IMG/VR virus record: IMGVR_UViG_3300028030_000012
Coordinates: 4,098 to 68,097 of that record
Length of the DNA: 64,000 nt
Strand: one strand, 5' to 3'
Source: a virus
The notes below the pieces were generated by a model. It worked only from the letters and a program-made list of their open reading frames with translations. It searched no databases and had not been told where the DNA came from. A program made the translations under genes and the position numbers. Below are positions 57,747 to 64,000 of this stretch, piece by piece; positions within the stretch are counted from its first letter, which is position 1, and every line of letters begins with the position of its first letter.

Positions 57747-60700
57747 GGGGATGAATACAGACACTGACCTTTCAGGATTAGGCAAAGGGGTGTATAGGGA
57801 GGCTAGAAATTTAACCTTTACCTCCGTAGATGGAGGGGGTATAGGCGCTTTGGAAAATGTGAGGGGCAATGCCTTACTTGCGACTATAGGTTCCCCAGAA
57901 GAGGTGATTGTGGGCTATGTGAATATTGTAGAAGATACAGTATTTTTTACATATAATACTGTGGACCTCAATTCTTCTATATGGTTAGTAGAGTCAGCTA
58001 CAAACACTGTTATTTTAAAATATACAGATGATATTACTGTAGACGGTTCTAAATTAAATTTTAGTACTGCCAAGAAGGATCGGATAGTAGGAGTAGGGAG
58101 GCATGAGAATGAAAATGTACGTAAAGTATATTGGACTGATGGCCTTAATGAAGTTAGATATATACACATTGAAAGAGATTATCAATCCACTATTCCTGGG
58201 ACATATCTTTCAGTTGATAAATTTAGTATGCTCCCTTCAGTAAACTTAGGCAAAATAGACATTACTGAAGACTCTCTAATCCAAGGGGGTAATATAGAGG
58301 CAGGTGCAGTACAATATGTTTACAAACTTTTTAATAAGTACGGTGCCGAGTCTAATTTCAGTTCTGCTACAAAACTTTTATTTATAACAGAACTTCTACC
58401 AGAAGGTTCCAAACCTTTTGAAGGTGGGGATAAAGATGCTATTGCGCATAAATCAATTAAAATAGATTTTGTAGGTATAGATAATTCTTTCGATTATATT
58501 AGAGTGTACGCTATTTTCTACAAGTCCTTTTTCGAAGCTCCATTAGTTAATTTAGTACATGAAGGGGAATTAAGTAAAGATACTTTTAGTATAATAGATA
58601 CAGGGGATGTTTTAGAAGAGTTGACTTTAGAAGAATTTAACTCCATAGGGGGCAAGTTATTTACAGCTGAAGCCCTTGCTTCTAAACATAATCATTTATT
58701 TGCAGCTAATACTAAAGAGAAGTATTTTGAAGCTGTAGACAATACAGGGGAGCCTTTAGACTGCAGGTCTTACAGATTTAGGGATAATGCTGGCACTATG
58801 GAGAGTGTAGTAAGAAATGAGGATTTTTCAGAATCAGTAATAATATCCCCTAATGGGGATTGGGCTCTTTATAAAGATGGTGTGTTAGATACAGATGGCT
58901 CTGATTGGGGAATTCCTCTTACATTTGACTGTATAAATTGGGATAACGAAATTTACAATGGGCCTTTGTTAAAGAATCTTTCAACACTCTATCAAAAAGA
59001 TGGGCTGCATATAGGAGGTTCTGGTAAAATAATAAATTATAAATTTGTTTATGATGCCTCTACTACTATAGGAACTTCTTATTTACCCCATTTGGATAAA
59101 ACTATTTTAAAAGTAAATACCCATAAACGTAATGAAGTTTACAGATACGGTATCATATTTTACGATAAGAAAGGGAGGCCTTCTTTTGTAAACTGGATAG
59201 GGGATATAATCATCCCTTATTTTAGTACAGAAGAAGCCACTTCTTATCATTATGCTGTGGACACCTCTCTCCATCCCGTGAATATAAGTATAGAATTCAC
59301 TGTAGATACCTCTTCTTTTTCATCTGATATTAAAGGGTACAAAATTGTATATGTAGAAAGAAAGAGTTCAGATACAAGTGTTTTAGCACAGGGTATTCTA
59401 GGAACCGCCTATGATTCAGATTTCCCTAATAGGGTATTTAAAGGTTTTAGTATTCCTTCAGCAAATTCTGTGTGGAAAGGGAAGGTAGCTTATTTTTATT
59501 CTCCTGATGTTACAGTAGGCAAGGCAAGACTTTCTGAGACAGGGCTTAAATGGAGGTCTCTTTCTTGGTTATCCACTCCTAAAGCGGTAGGCGGTGATAA
59601 TTATAAAAACATATGGTCAGATGAGAATTTCCCAGTAGGGAATGCTTTAGCCCCAGATTTAACATTACATTCAGGGGTAGAATTCAGTGGGCTAGTTCCA
59701 TTGGTATTGGAGGAAGACGGTATTGCACCCACTCCTTTTGGTATTGGGTTTTCTTCAGGTTCTTTCAGTAATAGAATAGCTTCTACTACTGGTGCGGATA
59801 GTTTGTACGGACCTACTTGTTACGGGGTATTTTTTGACACCTTGCCTTATGAATACACAGGGACAGAAGACCCTACTTTCCTTGTTATAGGGGAATTTTA
59901 TAGGGATGTTTTTAAAACAATGTATGGGGGTATTACATATGCCGATAGGTTTATAAATACTTACATTCCCGCCTCAGAGTATTCCCCTGTATCCAATAGT
60001 ACGGTAACTACCTTTGGTGATTCGTTTGTATCTTATTATGAGCAGTTAGTGGAGACTTGGGATCCCAGTATTCCTTTTTCCGGTACCACTATGCAAGCTT
60101 GTTGGTATTTCCCTGTAGAGTCTAAGATAAATTGTGCTTACACTACTTCTAAACTTTCTAAGTATAACCACAGTCACTGGGCTCCTGATAAGATGAGTAT
60201 AATGGAGGAGCAAGTAGAGGGGATAACAAGGTGGCCAGATAAATACCCTAAAGAATTAAAAGATCTTTACACTTATAATAATGTATACTCATTACCTGCT
60301 TATGGGTTGTTTCCTAAATATACTCCTAAACCTTTATTATTCGAATCTAATCAATTTAATGAGGTATTAGTAATAACTTCAGAGCCTAAAACTAATGCCG
60401 AAATAGTAGACAACTGGACTAAATTTAAATACAATAATTTACTTGAAGTTGACACAGCTTATGGGGCTGTTCACACTTTAGAAGTTATGGATAATAATTT
60501 ATTTTTCTGGCAAGATAAGGCTTTTGGCACGCTTGCTGTGAATGAAAGGGCTTTAATCCAAAATGGCTCTACTGGGCAACTTACCTTAGGTACTGGTGGA
60601 GTGTTAGAAAGGTATGATTATATATCAAACAATGTGGGCAATGTTGATAAATATAACGTATCACAATCGGAAAATGAATTATTTTGGGTATACAGTGTTA

Positions 60701-61452
60701 ACTCTAAAATCTATAAATTTGGGCAACAGCTAAGAGAACTATCTACTGTTAAAACAGTTAATTCTTACTTAGCTACCAAAGATATAAATAATCCTATTAC
60801 GATTACAGATTTTGTGGGTAATGAGACTTTATTCAAGATAGGGAACGAAGTTCTAGTATACGATTGGTTAACTCAAGCCTTTACTGCTATTTATGAATTT
60901 GAGCCTGATTGGTTTATTAGGGGATACGACGGCAACTTTTCCTCTTCCCCTACTTCAGGCCCTTATCAAATATGGGAGCATAATAGGGATTTTAAAGAAA
61001 ATGGTGACCCTATTAACAGGGCAGATTTTTATGGTTTAGGGGCTAAAGAATCTTTTATACATATTGTAGTAAATGATAAATACCCTAATGTAAAAGTATT
61101 TGATAATGTAACTTGGCATTCGGTATCAGAGAATGGTGAAGGGGTTATATTATATAATGATACTTTTAAGGAATTTAAAGTGTACACAGAGTACCAAACT
61201 ACGGGGTGGCAGAACATAAACTGGCAAAGGAGAGAGCGTAATTTTCATACTAGAGTGCCTAGGGATATAATGAGGTACCGTCAAGATTCTAATATGAATA
61301 TAAATGATTCTAATAATTGGGATACAAACCAAACTTTTAAAAGGAGAATACGTGATAATTTAATGAATTTAGAACTGAAGTATGATAACACTAGTGGGAA
61401 CAAGTTCTCTTTTCCTTACGTAATAATTAACTATAGGCAGAGTGCTAGATAA
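57718..61452 (+). CDS. tail stabilization / muzzle protein (P22 gp10-like)
   Basis: SFAKGMNTD, VYWTDGLN, KRNEVYRYGI.FY, LGTGGVLERYDYIS. Confidence 0.85.
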   Translation: MQNIIQSFAKGMNTDTDLSGLGKGVYREARNLTFTSVDGGGIGALENVRGNALLATIGSPEEVIVGYVNIVEDTVFFTYNTVDLNSSIWLVESATNTVILKYTDDITVDGSKLNFSTAKKDRIVGVGRHENENVRKVYWTDGLNEVRYIHIERDYQSTIPGTYLSVDKFSMLPSVNLGKIDITEDSLIQGGNIEAGAVQYVYKLFNKYGAESNFSSATKLLFITELLPEGSKPFEGGDKDAIAHKSIKIDFVGIDNSFDYIRVYAIFYKSFFEAPLVNLVHEGELSKDTFSIIDTGDVLEELTLEEFNSIGGKLFTAEALASKHNHLFAANTKEKYFEAVDNTGEPLDCRSYRFRDNAGTMESVVRNEDFSESVIISPNGDWALYKDGVLDTDGSDWGIPLTFDCINWDNEIYNGPLLKNLSTLYQKDGLHIGGSGKIINYKFVYDASTTIGTSYLPHLDKTILKVNTHKRNEVYRYGIIFYDKKGRPSFVNWIGDIIIPYFSTEEATSYHYAVDTSLHPVNISIEFTVDTSSFSSDIKGYKIVYVERKSSDTSVLAQGILGTAYDSDFPNRVFKGFSIPSANSVWKGKVAYFYSPDVTVGKARLSETGLKWRSLSWLSTPKAVGGDNYKNIWSDENFPVGNALAPDLTLHSGVEFSGLVPLVLEEDGIAPTPFGIGFSSGSFSNRIASTTGADSLYGPTCYGVFFDTLPYEYTGTEDPTFLVIGEFYRDVFKTMYGGITYADRFINTYIPASEYSPVSNSTVTTFGDSFVSYYEQLVETWDPSIPFSGTTMQACWYFPVESKINCAYTTSKLSKYNHSHWAPDKMSIMEEQVEGITRWPDKYPKELKDLYTYNNVYSLPAYGLFPKYTPKPLLFESNQFNEVLVITSEPKTNAEIVDNWTKFKYNNLLEVDTAYGAVHTLEVMDNNLFFWQDKAFGTLAVNERALIQNGSTGQLTLGTGGVLERYDYISNNVGNVDKYNVSQSENELFWVYSVNSKIYKFGQQLRELSTVKTVNSYLATKDINNPITITDFVGNETLFKIGNEVLVYDWLTQAFTAIYEFEPDWFIRGYDGNFSSSPTSGPYQIWEHNRDFKENGDPINRADFYGLGAKESFIHIVVNDKYPNVKVFDNVTWHSVSENGEGVILYNDTFKEFKVYTEYQTTGWQNINWQRRERNFHTRVPRDIMRYRQDSNMNINDSNNWDTNQTFKRRIRDNLMNLELKYDNTSGNKFSFPYVIINYRQSAR

Positions 61453-61464
61453 TAGATATAAAAG

Positions 61465-63105
61465 ATGTATATAAAACAAAAATCAAAGATGGATAAAAGG
61501 AAGCTTTCTAGAGAAAGTTTACCTGAGTATAGTCTTGGGGGAGATGTATTTGCAGGCGCTGCTGCAGGTGCTGGTACTGGAGTAGCTGTCGGAGGCCCTT
61601 GGGGGGCCGTTATAGGGGGCGTTATTGGTGCGGGTACAGGTCTAGCAAAAGGCCTTCATGTTCAAAAACAAGAGGCTGGGCAAGAAAAGCTGCAACTCCA
61701 AAATAAGATAAGGCAGCAAAGGTTAGGTAGCTATGTAGCTGCTCCCGAATACGAATCTCTATATGCTATGGGAGGTATGACAGGTATGCCTAATGCAGAG
61801 GTGGAGGGTGGAGAGTCTTTGGCTATGCCTCAAGGTGTTGACGCAGCTGTAGAAGGCCCTTCTCATGCTCAAGGCGGAGTTCCTTTGAACCTTCCAGGCG
61901 GTACTAAAGTGTATAGTGATAGGTTAGAAGTGCCTGGTAAGTCTGGGATTACTTTTGCAGATGAACATAAGAGATTGGCAGCTTTAAAAAAGAAGGAGGA
62001 ATCTCGTAAAGGGAAGAATGGGTCTACCAGAGTTACTGAGCGGACTATAGAAAGAAACATAAAGAATATTGAGAAAGAGGAAGAGGCTTTATTTGCCCTA
62101 CAGCAAGAGCTAAATGGAGAAGCTGAAAAAGAAAGGCAACAACAAATGCAGGCCTCTCAAGGACTATCTGGACAAATGGCACCTCCTCAAGATATGAGTG
62201 GCTTAAATAGGCCTCAAATGGCCTCACAAGGCCCTTCAGCACAGGTACCTCAGGGTATACCTCAAATGGGGGGATTGCCTCAAGGCGCTTACGGTATGGA
62301 GTTACCTAAATATGGGAGGGGGGATAAAACTCCACTTCCTGATGAATCGACTCTAGCCATGCAGGAACTACTTAACCCAACATATTCTAGAATTGAAGGT
62401 TTAGACAGTCCTAAGATGTCCCAGGATTTACAATTGGATAGGGTGTCAAATTCTCCTAAGGCTGTAGGTAATTTTAATAAAACTGCAAGTACTATAGCCA
62501 CCCTAGCACCTATGGCTTATAATTTAATTGAGGGATTTAGTAAAAAGGATAAGATTAATCCTGCAGATTATCAAAATAATGCTGGAATGGTAGCGGCAGC
62601 TAAGACACGGGGATTGCGTTATGATATAGACCCTATACTAAGGGCTAATAACGCTGCTTTTCAAGCGGGGGCAAGGAATTTAGCTACAAGGTCTAGAGGG
62701 GAGCAATTAGCTAATATGGTAGCTTTATCTACAGGATTAGCTAATTCTAACGCTCAAGCACATGCTCAAAAAAATAATGTAGAAAATCAATATAAAATAA
62801 GGGGTAATAGGTTAACAGCTACGGTAGGTGGTCAGAACGCTAGATCTTCTTTTGCTGCTAAACAGTATAATGATGAAGTAGATAATTCAGCCTCTAGATT
62901 AAAAGGGGCAGGTTTAACTGGCCTGAGTCATTTAGCACAGCAACGCTATAAAGATAGGCAGATGATGAAGTCTCAAATATTAGGGTATAATGCAATGACT
63001 TCTATGTATGGTGATGTTGCCTTGAATTCAAAAGGTGAGTACGTACAAAAGAATTTACTGAAACCAGGAGAGGAATTTGACCTTGAAAAATATTTAAACC
63101 AATGA
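61465..63105 (+). CDS. putative virion cargo (ejection) protein
   Basis: glycine zipper GPWGAVIGGVIGAG; AEVEGGE..GPSHAQGG..VYSDRL. Confidence 0.7.
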   Translation: MYIKQKSKMDKRKLSRESLPEYSLGGDVFAGAAAGAGTGVAVGGPWGAVIGGVIGAGTGLAKGLHVQKQEAGQEKLQLQNKIRQQRLGSYVAAPEYESLYAMGGMTGMPNAEVEGGESLAMPQGVDAAVEGPSHAQGGVPLNLPGGTKVYSDRLEVPGKSGITFADEHKRLAALKKKEESRKGKNGSTRVTERTIERNIKNIEKEEEALFALQQELNGEAEKERQQQMQASQGLSGQMAPPQDMSGLNRPQMASQGPSAQVPQGIPQMGGLPQGAYGMELPKYGRGDKTPLPDESTLAMQELLNPTYSRIEGLDSPKMSQDLQLDRVSNSPKAVGNFNKTASTIATLAPMAYNLIEGFSKKDKINPADYQNNAGMVAAAKTRGLRYDIDPILRANNAAFQAGARNLATRSRGEQLANMVALSTGLANSNAQAHAQKNNVENQYKIRGNRLTATVGGQNARSSFAAKQYNDEVDNSASRLKGAGLTGLSHLAQQRYKDRQMMKSQILGYNAMTSMYGDVALNSKGEYVQKNLLKPGEEFDLEKYLNQ

Positions 63106-64000
63106 TACACCCAAGAATGCAGCCGGCCCAGATGCCGGTAATGAGTACTTTTGTTCCTATTCCTTTTGAAGCTATGGCTAAAGCTGGTGCGGCACAACAG
63201 AATCTCTATGACCAAACTCAAGAGGTACAGGGTAATGTTACAGACCTTTTAGAGGGGGCTAAAGGACTAAGTGGAGTGCAATTAACCAATGGTTATATGG
63301 AAGCACATGGTCAGGAAAGAGTAGATGCTAAAGTAAAAGAAATCTTAGGGGAGGTAGACAGTCTCTCTAAAGGAACTCCTAATACTCTGGGCACCGAGTA
63401 CCAGACTAAGCTTAAACGTATTTTACGTAATGCAAAGAATGCTTTTTCTAGTAGTGGGGTAATAGGACAAGAGAAAGCTAATATGGAAGCTTATCAGAAA
63501 GTCAGGGCCAAATTAGCTAAAAATACTCAATGGATGGATGATCCTTCAACTGCGTTACAAGTTGATAGTATGCTTAGGGCTTATGCAGAAACTCCTGCTG
63601 ATACGTTAGGAAGTATAAACTCTGATGTGAACATATCTGATTATGTAGATGTAGGGGAAAAAATGGACAAAATTATTAAGGGTGCTAGAGAAACTTATCA
63701 AGGTGGTACTTTTGCAAAAGGTCCTAATGGTTGGTTAAAATATACAGAGAGTTATGGACTATCTGGAAACCGTATAAAAAGAATAGTACAAGATAGGATT
63801 GCAAGCGACCCGCAACTAAATAGTACTATAAATAGAAGAGCTGCTTATTTAAAAACCAGGGGGGCTGAAGGAACTGTAGAGGAGATTAAAGACCGACTCA
63901 TTGATAATGAAGCTATTAATGCCATAAATTTACATGCTGGCTCTAAAGGGACTTCTACTAAGTGGTTTGATATGAATTCTAAGGACTCTAACAATCCTAA
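63102..64000 (+). CDS. putative cargo protein, runs off the right edge (not in the track)
   Basis: ATGA overlap; MIHPRMQPAQMPVMSTFVPIPFEAM...; appears open to the edge. Confidence 0.7.
   Translation, partial: MIHPRMQPAQMPVMSTFVPIPFEAMAKAGAAQQNLYDQTQEVQGNVTDLLEGAKGLSGVQLTNGYMEAHGQERVDAKVKEILGEVDSLSKGTPNTLGTEYQTKLKRILRNAKNAFSSSGVIGQEKANMEAYQKVRAKLAKNTQWMDDPSTALQVDSMLRAYAETPADTLGSINSDVNISDYVDVGEKMDKIIKGARETYQGGTFAKGPNGWLKYTESYGLSGNRIKRIVQDRIASDPQLNSTINRRAAYLKTRGAEGTVEEIKDRLIDNEAINAINLHAGSKGTSTKWFDMNSKDSNNP

Noticed and set aside
2070-63221. Short opposite-strand or nested ORFs in the track (for example 4181-4483, 13225-13587, 33974-34171 poly-Cys, 23021-23278)
   Set aside because: They are mostly shadows of real genes, run against the operon direction and show no protein-like motifs
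1-64000. Stop-codon reassignment (TAG or TGA) as in some crAss-like phages
   Set aside because: Long genes are intact in code 11, and TAG/TGA end genes at sensible places (MCP TAG, polA TGA)
1-64000. CRISPR array, diversity-generating retroelement or retron
   Set aside because: No regularly spaced repeat-spacer array, no reverse transcriptase, and no adenine-specific template/variable repeat pair seen by eye

Overview
64 kb of a crAss-like (Crassvirales-type) podovirus genome, most likely infecting Bacteroidota (A-rich starts with no Shine-Dalgarno, crAss-type gene set, standard genetic code). Positions 1-22.7 kb are minus-strand early and replication genes: SSB-like, AAA ATPase, DnaB, replisome organizer, family A DNA polymerase, M23 peptidase and many small unknown or membrane ORFs. 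After a strand switch at about 22.8-23.0 kb the plus strand carries late genes: TerL with two LAGLIDADG inteins, portal, scaffold-like protein, a major capsid gene split by an HNH-carrying group I intron, ring and auxiliary capsid proteins, three modular fibres, a lysis cassette, muzzle and cargo proteins. The least explained part is 11.9-17.4 kb. It holds a 1.2-kb hairpin-dense non-coding block with a tRNA-like element, directly downstream of a degenerate acyl-CoA-ligase-like (ANL) gene, and near a 732-aa protein with two HicB-like domains. An AAC-N17-CGTA (ECF-sigma-like) promoter motif and an AAAACTGACAA-x-ATG start motif each occur three times. All protein calls come from motif recognition by eye; no database searches were run.
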